The position numbers were made by a program, and so were the translations under genes. Of a stretch of 43,140 bases of DNA, positions 25,320 to 33,261 are shown piece by piece (position 1 is the stretch's first letter; the number at the start of each line of letters is the position of its first letter). This DNA comes from a virus (taxonomy: Duplodnaviria > Caudoviricetes), in IMG/VR virus record IMGVR_UViG_3300037419_001006, positions 1-43,140 of that record; one strand, 5' to 3'. A model generated the notes under the pieces. It searched no databases. It was not told the DNA's origin and saw nothing but the letters and a program-made list of their open reading frames with translations.

Positions 25320-25525
25320 CGGCGCTCGAACCTCCACCACACGTAATCCCATAAGCGGCGTGGCCACGACCACTCTGTATTGAGCGCCAGCCAACGGATC
25401 GATCCGCCAACCGCAACCCCGATCCGGAACTGAACGCGCGAGGGATTGAAGCGGGAACCGGCGAGACGCGAAGCGGCTCGATCCCGAAGGGACGAAAGCC
25501 CGGTGCGAAGCACGCGCCCAATCAC
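25316..25525 (-). CDS. Hypothetical protein; N-terminus encoded by element copy C
   Basis: GTGA overlap with upstream stop; ATGA overlap downstream. Confidence 0.45.
   Translation of the reverse strand: MIGRVLRTGLSSLRDRAASRLAGSRFNPSRVQFRIGVAVGGSIRWLALNTEWSWPRRLWDYVWWRFERR
25442..25519 (+). repeat. Structured early-operon element, copy C
   Basis: GGGAT..CGAGAC/GGCTCG..AGCCC..CGCCC. Confidence 0.8.
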
Positions 25526-25616
25526 CGCCACCGCCACATTGGAGGCAGACCGCAGCCGATGCACACGATGCTGACCAGCAGGCAGCCAATCGCGCCGATG
25601 AGATGATCGAGGAGCT

Positions 25617-25913
25617 TCATGGGGTGGGCTTTGCGCGGATACTGTCCGCGTGGACGGCGTAGCTGTCGAAGAACGCCCATTCGCCGCTGTTGAGCGGGCC
25701 GACGAACAGGATTGCAGGGCGCGGCGTCCAATAGGGCCAGCCGTCATACATGCAGATTTTGATGATCTGCCGGTTGTATTCGCTGAACGTGAAATCGTCC
25801 GGACGCTGCTCGGCCTCGCGCCAGATCGGCGGCATATCCTTGGCGATGGGGTGGGACCAATCGACCGGCCCACAGTCCTCGCCGACCCGAACAGTGTGCG
25901 TTTCGGTCCTCAT
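25617..25913 (-). CDS. Hypothetical protein
   Basis: RBS GGAGGAGG; 98 aa. Confidence 0.65.
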   Translation of the reverse strand: MRTETHTVRVGEDCGPVDWSHPIAKDMPPIWREAEQRPDDFTFSEYNRQIIKICMYDGWPYWTPRPAILFVGPLNSGEWAFFDSYAVHADSIRAKPTP

Positions 25914-26470
25914 CCCCTCCTCCGATCACTCTGATGGTCAGGGTTGTCGGGATTGGGCGATGCCTGTCGGCCCGCGCCCTCGTGAACGGAGCCTAAAGTC
26001 TCCGCCCTACGGGCTTCGGTCGCTATCGCGTCGCCGGAAACCCAAAACCCGCACGAAGGTCGCGCCTGTAGCGCGTGATCTGCGTAGCTTAGGATGAGGT
26101 CGTATGGCGTGCCTTCGCAGGCCAACGCCACCCGTTTGATCGACTGCAGCGCCGTGAGCGTGATTTCCAGCGCGTCGGACGCGTGGCGCGGCGCAATGTC
26201 TAAGCGGCTGTCGTCAGGGCCGTATTCTGCCGACCAGTACGGCGGCTCGCGCAGTCCTTTGACGAGTTTCGCATACCAAGGCGGCATGATTTCTCGCGCT
26301 GCACACGGGCCTTCGTGACCAGCCTCGCGCGAACACCACCAACCTTCCGGCGGCACATCGCACGCGTTAGGGATCGAAGCCGGATGGCCAAGACCGCGAA
26401 GACGGGCTTGGTCCGTAGGACGAGAGCCCGACGGCGAAGCCGGAACGCCCGTATCTGGTCGGTCAGCCAT
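25910..26470 (-). CDS. Hypothetical protein with both termini encoded by element copies D and H
   Basis: ATG 26470 with GGAG; core CDVPPEGWWCSREAGHEGPC. Confidence 0.6.
   Translation of the reverse strand: MADRPDTGVPASPSGSRPTDQARLRGLGHPASIPNACDVPPEGWWCSREAGHEGPCAAREIMPPWYAKLVKGLREPPYWSAEYGPDDSRLDIAPRHASDALEITLTALQSIKRVALACEGTPYDLILSYADHALQARPSCGFWVSGDAIATEARRAETLGSVHEGAGRQASPNPDNPDHQSDRRRG
25955..26023 (-). repeat. Structured early-operon element, copy H
   Basis: GCGAC..CGGAGAC/GGCTCCG..GGCGC..CGCCC on the minus strand. Confidence 0.8.
26370..26450 (+). repeat. Structured early-operon element, copy D
   Basis: GGGAT..CCAAGAC/GGCTTGG..AGCCC..CGCCC. Confidence 0.8.
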
Positions 26471-26475
26471 GTCGA

Positions 26476-27324
26476 TCACTCCCTTGCGCCGAGAGCGGCG
26501 CGGCCCCGGATATGGCTTTGGCCGAGACTGCTCGCGAACGTATCGACGTTGGCATCCCACCCCTCGACAAGAGCCACATTGTCCAGCTTCGCCAAGATCG
26601 CCTCTTCGTCAGCAGGACCGCTCTCATCCACATGGGCGTCCGCGAACCCGTTGCGGTAGCCGGTCGCGTAAATCTCACGCGCGGTTTCGAGTAGCCCATC
26701 ATCTCTGCTGGAGATGCGTTCGGCGATGCGGTCCAAGCGGTCAGCGGTTGACGAACCGCCAATCTCGCGACGAATGCGAGCGGCGCGTGCGCGCAACCAC
26801 TCGACCAACTCCGCATCCTCGTCAGGTGCCGCATAGAAGTCAGCCGGATCGACGCGCTTACCGTCCTTCATGATGCCGATGCCAAGCTCGCGGGCGTCGC
26901 GTTCGACAGCAGCCTCCTCGTCAGCCCCTACTCTAGTGGTGGAGGAGAGGGCGGCGGCAAGCTCACGGATCGCCGCACCCCACAGATTGCGCCCATTGTC
27001 GCCAGTGGCGACGCCCTCGTTGGTCGCCAGTTCGACAACGCGCCTTGCCGCCTCCGTTACCTGACCTTCTGACCGGGTGGAGAGGGCGGCGCGGGCTTTT
27101 GACAGCACCCATTCGTCCACAGAGACGCGGTGCGTATGCTCGTCCATCACCGCATTTTCGGTGAACGCCCGCAGCGCCTCCGTCATACCTTCTGGATTGG
27201 GGAGGGATGAGCGCATTGCGGTGTACACGCGCGCGATTGTGGCGTTCGTTAGTCGCTTGCCGGTTGTCCGCGCTAATTGCGTGCGAGCCGCAGCGATCAT
27301 CTCGGGTGTCGGCTCTCTGGTCAT
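26476..27324 (-). CDS. Mosaic hypothetical early protein
   Basis: MTREPTPEMIAAAR start, coupled to upstream stop. Confidence 0.6.
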   Translation of the reverse strand: MTREPTPEMIAAARTQLARTTGKRLTNATIARVYTAMRSSLPNPEGMTEALRAFTENAVMDEHTHRVSVDEWVLSKARAALSTRSEGQVTEAARRVVELATNEGVATGDNGRNLWGAAIRELAAALSSTTRVGADEEAAVERDARELGIGIMKDGKRVDPADFYAAPDEDAELVEWLRARAARIRREIGGSSTADRLDRIAERISSRDDGLLETAREIYATGYRNGFADAHVDESGPADEEAILAKLDNVALVEGWDANVDTFASSLGQSHIRGRAALGARE

Positions 27325-27767
27325 GGTTTCCGATCCTCGATTGGGATACCCTGTGCGGGCGTCTGCCCTTCGGGCACCGCGCCACTCATGAACGGAGCCT
27401 GTTTCACGTCTCCGCCCTTCGGGTGAGTGTCGCATGACGCAAGGTCTTCGGCTCTCCAGCTAAACCATGTGGTTGTGGTCGGCGTCTGGACAGCGAAACT
27501 CTCTTGCCCCAGCGCCTTTCTAAGCTTCACGCCAAGTTCGATTGCCTTGGCCTCGATCTGTGCCGGCTCGGCAGGAAACCGAGGATAGTTGATGAGGCCG
27601 ACGACGACTCCAGGCTCCTCCCCACCCGTGTAGATGTAGGCGGTGGACCTGACCGTCACGCAAAGACCGACCTCATCACAATGCTCGCGACACGTCTCCT
27701 TGGCGGCGCGTAAGCCGCCGGCGATGAAGATGCTGACCGGATAGCTGGGGGCGAACTCGGTTCTCAT
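27321..27767 (-). CDS. Hypothetical protein; C-terminus encoded by element copy I
   Basis: GLCVTV...YIYTGGEEPGVVVGLINYPRFP core. Confidence 0.7.
   Translation of the reverse strand: MRTEFAPSYPVSIFIAGGLRAAKETCREHCDEVGLCVTVRSTAYIYTGGEEPGVVVGLINYPRFPAEPAQIEAKAIELGVKLRKALGQESFAVQTPTTTTWFSWRAEDLASCDTHPKGGDVKQAPFMSGAVPEGQTPAQGIPIEDRKP
27357..27433 (-). repeat. Structured early-operon element, copy I
   Basis: GCGAC-ACTCA..CGGAGAC/GGCTCCG..TGAGT-GGCGC..CGCCC on the minus strand. Confidence 0.8.
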
Positions 27768-28543
27768 GCCGCCAACGCCTTCTGCGCCGCGCAGATGAAA
27801 TCGCAGTCAGGAACTATGGGTTTGGTTGTCGGCTGGTCGAGCGGGATTTCGTCAATGAAGCCGCGAATGTTCTTGTAGCGTCCATCGGGGAGCCTCTCGC
27901 GCCGTAGGATGACGAGCCGCACACCTAGCTCGCGGGACAGTCTGGCGGTTTCGGCGAACCGGTCAGGAAACCACAGACGAAACAGCGCCCAATAGTCCGG
28001 AGAGGTTGACTTGACGCAGCCCCGTTGCAGGCAGTTGGCGTTAGGGAAACCCATCCCGTAAGTGCGCGGCAAGGCAATTCCGGCACCCTCAACCCAAGCC
28101 ATGCAATTAGCCTTCGTCAGTCCGCGCTCAATCAGCGGCGTGACGATTTGAGACAGGGGCGAGAAATCGTCTTTCAGGCGCTCGGCGCGTGCCTTGTCTT
28201 TTGGGTCAGCGGTGTAGCCGAAGACGTGAATGTCGCCGGGCAGCTCATAGTTGAGGCGCGGGATGAACTTCATCTCCCGAGAACACGGCGCGCCCTTGAT
28301 GCCCGACATGTAGCGGACACTCTGCCAAACATCGAAAACGTCTTCGTATTTCTCGGACTTTATGACTTCGACCTTGCAGCCGAACCACTCTTCGCATCCG
28401 GCGCGGAACCGTAGATTGTCCTCATCTTCCGCTCCCGTGTCGCAAAGCACGACTGGTCCGGCGCTCACGCCAAACTCGTCAATGTCGAGCTTGGTGGCCA
28501 GCGCGCTCGCGGTGCCGTCGCTGAACCAGCGGATGCGTCTCAC
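27764..28543 (-). CDS. PAPS-reductase-like (adenine nucleotide alpha-hydrolase) phage protein
   Basis: WFSDGTASA PP-loop variant, EDEDNLRF, GFPNANC..GCVK, terminal CDFIC. Confidence 0.7.
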   Translation of the reverse strand: MRRIRWFSDGTASALATKLDIDEFGVSAGPVVLCDTGAEDEDNLRFRAGCEEWFGCKVEVIKSEKYEDVFDVWQSVRYMSGIKGAPCSREMKFIPRLNYELPGDIHVFGYTADPKDKARAERLKDDFSPLSQIVTPLIERGLTKANCMAWVEGAGIALPRTYGMGFPNANCLQRGCVKSTSPDYWALFRLWFPDRFAETARLSRELGVRLVILRRERLPDGRYKNIRGFIDEIPLDQPTTKPIVPDCDFICAAQKALAA

Positions 28544-28706
28544 ACCGCCACCTCACAATCACACCTAAGCCTTGACCACTCTGGCTGGGTACGGCGACGA
28601 ATGGCTGCTGCACTTAATCTGGCATGGTCGAGATTGAGCCTCAGCAGTACCGATCCATGCGGACCCACGATGCGCCTCTCGAACGGGTTGTGGATGAGTT
28701 CGTCCA

Positions 28707-29099
28707 TTATGCTGCCTGCTCCATTGGATCTGTCCAGCGAACACCATGCTTCGCCCCGTAGGCGTAGATCAGTTCGATCAGCGCCGAGAACTGGTCCTTG
28801 GTCAGCTCGGCCGAACTCAGGCCCACCGGGAACGCGCCCTCTCCCTCCAGCACTGGCAGGAACCGCAATTCGGTGCCGAGCGCGTTGAGAAAGCGCAGTC
28901 GGATGTCCTTCTCGCTGAACGTCTCCATCCCCGGCACCTGGTGCTGGATGTCGCGGATCATGGGATGCAGCTTGTCGTTCTGATCCTCGGTGCGCGTGGG
29001 CTTGCCGAGCCGCATGACTTCGCCATCTTCGGCTTGGTCGATCAGCCGCTTGGCGAACTCGCGCTGGCGCTGGTTGGCGAGGAACACGACGCGCTTCAC
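28707..29099 (-). CDS. ninB: NinB-family recombination protein
   Basis: PTRTEDQNDKLHPMIRDI...SSAELTKDQFSALIELIYAYGAKHGVRW. Confidence 0.75.
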   Translation of the reverse strand: MKRVVFLANQRQREFAKRLIDQAEDGEVMRLGKPTRTEDQNDKLHPMIRDIQHQVPGMETFSEKDIRLRFLNALGTELRFLPVLEGEGAFPVGLSSAELTKDQFSALIELIYAYGAKHGVRWTDPMEQAA

Positions 29100-29419
29100 G
29101 CCGCCCGCCATTGCTCGGCCAACGCCATCGCTTCCGCGTGAAGGTCGTAGCCGTATTGCCGATAGAAGCCCTGGTGGCCGAGACCTTCGACGCTGGCGCT
29201 GTTGCCGACGCCGATCCGATGGTGTCCGGGGCATAGTGGCGTGACCAGCCAATCGTCCTTCAGGACTTGGCCCGGCCGATCTGCATAACCTCGAACGTGG
29301 TGCACTTCGGCGGGACCGCCGCAGACGAGACAACCATGCTCGGCGACCCACGAATGGAACCGCTCAAGCTCGACCGGCTTGTAACGCGAGCGCGTCTTCA
29401 AGGCGGCGCGACGCATCAC
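29096..29419 (-). CDS. DUF968/Ref-like HNH-type Zn protein
   Basis: GCLVCG..AEVHH...PLCPGHH. Confidence 0.65.
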   Translation of the reverse strand: MMRRAALKTRSRYKPVELERFHSWVAEHGCLVCGGPAEVHHVRGYADRPGQVLKDDWLVTPLCPGHHRIGVGNSASVEGLGHQGFYRQYGYDLHAEAMALAEQWRAA

Positions 29420-29601
29420 AGTCGCTCCAGCTCCTCGTCGTCGCAGTCGCTGTATCCGACACGGAAGTTGCGAAGCGCGCCCTCAAAGCGATAGTCGAGC
29501 GCCCTCTGGAGATCGTCGTCGGTCATGTGGCCGAACACGCCCTCCGCCAGCTTCGCCATCGCGGCCTTGCGGCTCACATTCAGGGTAGCGAAGGCGCTCA
29601 T
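29416..29601 (-). CDS. Hypothetical protein
   Basis: Coupled at both ends. Confidence 0.5.
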   Translation of the reverse strand: MSAFATLNVSRKAAMAKLAEGVFGHMTDDDLQRALDYRFEGALRNFRVGYSDCDDEELERL

Positions 29602-29837
29602 CAGAACGGCGTTTCGGAACCGTCGGCATAGGCCGGCTGCGTCTGGCGCTGCCCGCCCTGCTTCGGGTCGGCCTTCTTCACGATCACCTTGCACCCATCC
29701 GGGCCGGGGATCGGAAGCGCCTCGAAAAAGCAGGTGAAGCCGTCGCCGTTGCGGTTGGGGAACATCACCCCGATCTTCGTGAAATAGCTGCGCCCGTCCT
29801 TTTCGCGGGCGGTCAGCAGGTCGTAACGGTCAGACAT
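29601..29837 (-). CDS. Small SSB-like protein
   Basis: FTKIGVMFPN core with acidic ...ETPF tail; next to ERF. Confidence 0.55.
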   Translation of the reverse strand: MSDRYDLLTAREKDGRSYFTKIGVMFPNRNGDGFTCFFEALPIPGPDGCKVIVKKADPKQGGQRQTQPAYADGSETPF

Positions 29838-30598
29838 TATGCATTCTCCCTGTCGCGGACGCCTGCCTCGCGTTCCAAGTCGGCGCGGCGCTGTTTGATG
29901 CGGATTTCGAGCGGCACGAACTCTGCCGGCAGGTTCTCGCCGGTTGACCACCACGAAGGCATGTCTCGCGCCAGTTGCTTGCAGAACTCGCGGTAATCGT
30001 CGGTCTCCGACCAGGCGATAAACTCGTCGAGGTCGCCGATCCCTTCGAGCGTCCGCACGAACTCGCGCGCCGCCGTCATAAGCTGCGTCGGGCAGGTGTA
30101 GGGCCCATCGAACCTGACGCGCTTGCTGGGTGGCGTCTCACCCGCTGTAGGGCGGCTCGTGGTCTCCGTGCTCTTGACCGCCGCGTTGCCGTCGTCATCC
30201 TCGGTCGGCACCCCGAATGCGGTCTGGAGGCCGTAGCGCTTGCAATAGGTGAGCGCCGAGCCGAAGCCTTGGGGATCCCGCTTGTTGGCGGGCATGTAGA
30301 GGATTCCCAGGCTAAGCATCTCGCCGTTGCGGTGGTGAACGAACGTCTCCACGCTCACCCCGTCATCCGCCGGATGAGGGCGTTGGGTGAAGAACAGCCC
30401 GTTGTTGATGAGCGCCGGCTTCACCGCCTCGATTACGGACGTGAGATCCGCATATTTCGAGCGGAAGTGCGGGTTGGTGCTGTCCTTGGTCGCCGCCTCG
30501 ATCTCGGCGAAGGCGCGGGCCATTGCCGTGTGAAGCGTGTCGTCGGGGAGCTCGTCGATAACGTCCCCGACAGTTTTGAGTTTGGCGTTGGTGGCCAT
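29837..30598 (-). CDS. erf: ERF-family single-strand annealing protein
   Basis: NPHFRSKYADL...QGFGSALTYCKRYGL...EDDDGN. Confidence 0.9.
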   Translation of the reverse strand: MATNAKLKTVGDVIDELPDDTLHTAMARAFAEIEAATKDSTNPHFRSKYADLTSVIEAVKPALINNGLFFTQRPHPADDGVSVETFVHHRNGEMLSLGILYMPANKRDPQGFGSALTYCKRYGLQTAFGVPTEDDDGNAAVKSTETTSRPTAGETPPSKRVRFDGPYTCPTQLMTAAREFVRTLEGIGDLDEFIAWSETDDYREFCKQLARDMPSWWSTGENLPAEFVPLEIRIKQRRADLEREAGVRDRENA

Positions 30599-30810
30599 TA
30601 TGCGGCCCTCCGTTTGATGAACCGGACCATCGCGAGCGCCAGATCGCGAAGCATGAAGCCCACGCCCATTGCGATGCTCACAGGCCAGAGAGCGGCGCAC
30701 AGCAGGATGGTCGTGGCGTGGATGTAATCGCCATCCTTGACGTTGCAGGTCGCACCGAAAAGAATGGCGAGGATCGCGGCTCCGGCGACCCACGTGTGGA
30801 CGAACGTCAT
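30598..30810 (-). CDS. Small 2-TM protein
   Basis: Hydrophobic; coupled. Confidence 0.5.
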   Translation of the reverse strand: MTFVHTWVAGAAILAILFGATCNVKDGDYIHATTILLCAALWPVSIAMGVGFMLRDLALAMVRFIKRRAA

Positions 30811-31010
30811 GTGTTGCTCGGGGAGCCGTTGCCGACCCCACGCTCCCTTGGTTCTTGCGAAATGCGATGAGCGGCTTTGCTTGAGACCGAAGGGCTCAAC
30901 CCCGCAGGGGCGCCAGCGCGGTCCTCGCGCAGCGAGGATTCGCCCTTCTCGATCATCCCAACAAGCACATCACATAAGTCGTGCGCTCGGATTGCGTCGG
31001 TGTATTTCAT
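30807..31010 (-). CDS. Hypothetical protein containing element copy E
   Basis: Coupled at both ends. Confidence 0.4.
   Translation of the reverse strand: MKYTDAIRAHDLCDVLVGMIEKGESSLREDRAGAPAGLSPSVSSKAAHRISQEPRERGVGNGSPSNT
30864..30945 (+). repeat. Structured early-operon element, copy E
   Basis: GCGAT..TTGAGAC/GGCTCAA..AGCGC..CGCCC. Confidence 0.75.
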
Positions 31011-31300
31011 GCTGCTCTCCGAGGCTTCTGAAGCTCAATCGTGAACCGCAACTCGCTCTCGATCCGATGCCGCAGTTCAATCTCCGCAACCCGTGCTTCA
31101 TGGGCTGCGATTGCTGCTTTCTTCGCATCGATTACGTCGGCGAGTTTCGTCAGCTTGTACGCAGCCTGGACCGCATCCTCGCGCTGCCTCTGTGCTTCGG
31201 CGAGCTCGGCTTTCTTCTGATCAGCCTTGCCGAACAGGGCCTTCATCATGTCGAAGTCGGCTCGCGTGGCGATGGATGCGGGGACGGTGTAGAGGGTCAT
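31007..31300 (-). CDS. Coiled-coil hypothetical protein
   Basis: 97 aa helical; coupled. Confidence 0.55.
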   Translation of the reverse strand: MTLYTVPASIATRADFDMMKALFGKADQKKAELAEAQRQREDAVQAAYKLTKLADVIDAKKAAIAAHEARVAEIELRHRIESELRFTIELQKPRRAA

Positions 31301-31479
31301 TGTCCCGCTGCCTTTGCGAGCGAGCCGCTGATCTCGGCAGCGAGCGTTTCGGCGGCGCCGCGACTGATGCGGAACACCATCGGCTCACCGTCTTTCGGAT
31401 TGAGCCATAGCCGCAGATAATCGCGGCTCTCTTCGTCCGGTGTGCAGATCACATCGGCGGTGTTCGGGCGCCCGCTCAC
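31297..31479 (-). CDS. Hypothetical protein
   Basis: GTGA-coupled start. Confidence 0.45.
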   Translation of the reverse strand: MSGRPNTADVICTPDEESRDYLRLWLNPKDGEPMVFRISRGAAETLAAEISGSLAKAAGQ

Positions 31480-31649
31480 AGCGTCACCACAATCGCAACG
31501 ACCAGCAGCGCCAGTCCGATGAACACGGCTGCGGGGTGGAAGGTGGCATCGACATGCCGAGGCTTGCCGTCCAGGCGCTCGCGAATATACGATTCCTCGC
31601 GGTTCCATGGTGTCTCGACGCAGCGATGGAGGTGGATGAAGTCGGTCAC
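31476..31649 (-). CDS. Small protein with C-terminal TM
   Basis: GTGA-coupled start. Confidence 0.45.
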   Translation of the reverse strand: MTDFIHLHRCVETPWNREESYIRERLDGKPRHVDATFHPAAVFIGLALLVVAIVVTL

Positions 31650-32101
31650 GCCACTTCTCCGCGAGCTTTCGCGATTGCGCGCTCGCAATATTCAGCGAGG
31701 TCCGCGTTGTTGTCGGCCTTGAGATTGCCTTCGCTGGTCCGCTTCTCGCGGTGGATGCGCTCGTAATCGCGAAACCGACGAGCGGCAGTTTCCAGCGCTT
31801 CCAGCAGATCAGGAGCCGCCGAGATTAGTCTGGCGTTGGCTTCGGCTTCGTCGGCACCGCAGTAATCCAGCACTTGGTCGATTGTGCGAATGACCATATT
31901 GCCGTGCTCATTCTCGCCAAGCTCGGCGGTTACGTTCCAGCGATTTGGGGCGGCGGGGCCGCAACGATTAGCAACCCAACGTCCCGGAGTATGCGCCGCG
32001 CAAGGGATGGTCGCCGGATGGTCAAGACCCGAAGGGGCTTGAGGCGAAGCCCGACCAGCCCGGTCCCGAAGGGATGCGCCCTGATCCTGTCGATCTGACA
32101 T
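31646..32101 (-). CDS. Hypothetical phage protein (HTPGRW...ANARLISAAPDLLEAL family); N-terminus from element copy F
   Basis: Common phage early-protein motif; RBS GGAG before ATG 32101. Confidence 0.65.
   Translation of the reverse strand: MSDRQDQGASLRDRAGRASPQAPSGLDHPATIPCAAHTPGRWVANRCGPAAPNRWNVTAELGENEHGNMVIRTIDQVLDYCGADEAEANARLISAAPDLLEALETAARRFRDYERIHREKRTSEGNLKADNNADLAEYCERAIAKARGEVA
32004..32081 (+). repeat. Structured early-operon element, copy F
   Basis: GGGAT-GGTCG..TCAAGAC/GGCTTGA..CGACC-AGCCC..CGCCC. Confidence 0.8.
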
Positions 32102-32130
32102 TATCATCTCCAATCCAGCTACAAGGGAGC

Positions 32131-32406
32131 TCATGCGATCACGTCTTCCGGATCGTGATATTCGCAGTCAGGATCGGTGCATCGCTCCAGAAGCGGCGCC
32201 TCATCCTCCATGCGCTCGATCGCCTCGGCCCATGCGACCGAACCGCTGATGTCCTCGACGTGGATTGACCGGCAGTCGCCGCCTATGTTGTGTGTCGGGT
32301 GGTCGAAAGTGACCATGAACCACAGCCCGATCTTGCCGCTTACGCTCTCGTCCAGAACGAAGCCGTACTTCGCTGCGACCGCGAGTGCCTGTGCTTTCGT
32401 CGCCAT
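32131..32406 (-). CDS. First gene of the leftward early operon, hypothetical
   Basis: RBS GGAG; C-terminal CTDPDCEYH. Confidence 0.55.
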   Translation of the reverse strand: MATKAQALAVAAKYGFVLDESVSGKIGLWFMVTFDHPTHNIGGDCRSIHVEDISGSVAWAEAIERMEDEAPLLERCTDPDCEYHDPEDVIA

Positions 32407-32450
32407 GCCCATCTCCCAAACAGCTACAAGGGCTGTTGGAGACGGTTTAA

Positions 32451-32497
32451 GCATATTAGAATATGCCGTGCAACCCTTTTTTCACATCAGGGTATGC
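32451..32497. promoter_or_regulatory. OL operators / PL promoter
   Basis: GCATAT-N4-ATATGC at 32451-32466, degenerate copy at 32482-32497; -35 TTGCAC on the minus strand. Confidence 0.7.
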
Positions 32498-32508
32498 TTT
32501 TTGTCGAT

Positions 32509-33177
32509 TTAGAAGGCGCGCGGTCGATAGTCCCCGATTACGATGCCTTTGACCTCGATCGACGCGACATCATCGCCGGGGCTATCCAGGTTGATGGGCA
32601 GCTGGTGTTCTGGGCGAGAGGATCGCGGCCATAGCCATTGCCGCCCTTCGTCATCGACGCGCAGCTCCTTCACCGTGGCCTCGATCTTGCCGTCGTGATG
32701 GTGACTGTAAACGATAACGTGATCTTCGTTCTGCGGCGCCCGGAAGTCGAGCACGTCCACCCAAATGACGACCGAGCCTGGCCTGTATTCCAAATCCATG
32801 CTCAGCCCGCGAACCTCTAGCGCTTTGGCTCGGCGCTTAAACCTGTCAGGCAAAGGCACATCCACCGCATACCAACGCGAGCGGTCCCATTCGACAGCCT
32901 CACGGAACGATCCCGCTTCAACCGAGCCACAGACCCAAATGGCTGTCGGCGACGGCGGTTCCGGCTGGTCCCCGCTAATGCGCCAAACCGGGACACCGGC
33001 CGTCCTGGCGAGCTTCCCGTAGGTGCGCATGTCCATCGCGTTCGAGTGACCGTTGAGGAAGTTGTAGATCGAGTTCTTATCGACGCCTGACTCTTTCGCC
33101 CAGCGGGCGATCTTGAGTTGGTTGTCGTTGATAAAGGCGCGCAGGATTTCGCGCCGTTCGTCTGCCGGCCGCTCCAT
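32509..33177 (-). CDS. cI: CI-like repressor (HTH plus S24 autopeptidase)
   Basis: ARWAKESGVDKNSIYNFLNG HTH; VRGLSM (Ser) and ATVKEL (Lys). Confidence 0.9.
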   Translation of the reverse strand: MERPADERREILRAFINDNQLKIARWAKESGVDKNSIYNFLNGHSNAMDMRTYGKLARTAGVPVWRISGDQPEPPSPTAIWVCGSVEAGSFREAVEWDRSRWYAVDVPLPDRFKRRAKALEVRGLSMDLEYRPGSVVIWVDVLDFRAPQNEDHVIVYSHHHDGKIEATVKELRVDDEGRQWLWPRSSRPEHQLPINLDSPGDDVASIEVKGIVIGDYRPRAF

Positions 33178-33201
33178 AAACCGGAAGCTACCGAAGCCGC
33201 T

Positions 33202-33248
33202 GCATATCCGGGTATGAAAATGAGGTTGCGTGGCATATCGAAATATGC
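33202..33248. promoter_or_regulatory. OR operators / PR promoter
   Basis: GCATAT-CCGG-GTATGA (33202) and GCATAT-CGAA-ATATGC (33233), same 31-bp spacing as OL. Confidence 0.7.
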
Positions 33249-33261
33249 TTTTTATAGGCGC

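Noticed and set aside
27764-28543. Auxiliary sulfur-metabolism gene cysH
   Set aside because: Only the fold-level PP-loop is recognisable; no other sulfur genes and no canonical CysH C-terminal ECGLH motif
21816-32081. CRISPR array or known small ribozymes (hammerhead, hairpin, twister) as the explanation for the dispersed elements
   Set aside because: Copies are not tandem or identical, no cas genes are present, and I could not find the catalytic consensus cores by eye; an Rfam search is still needed
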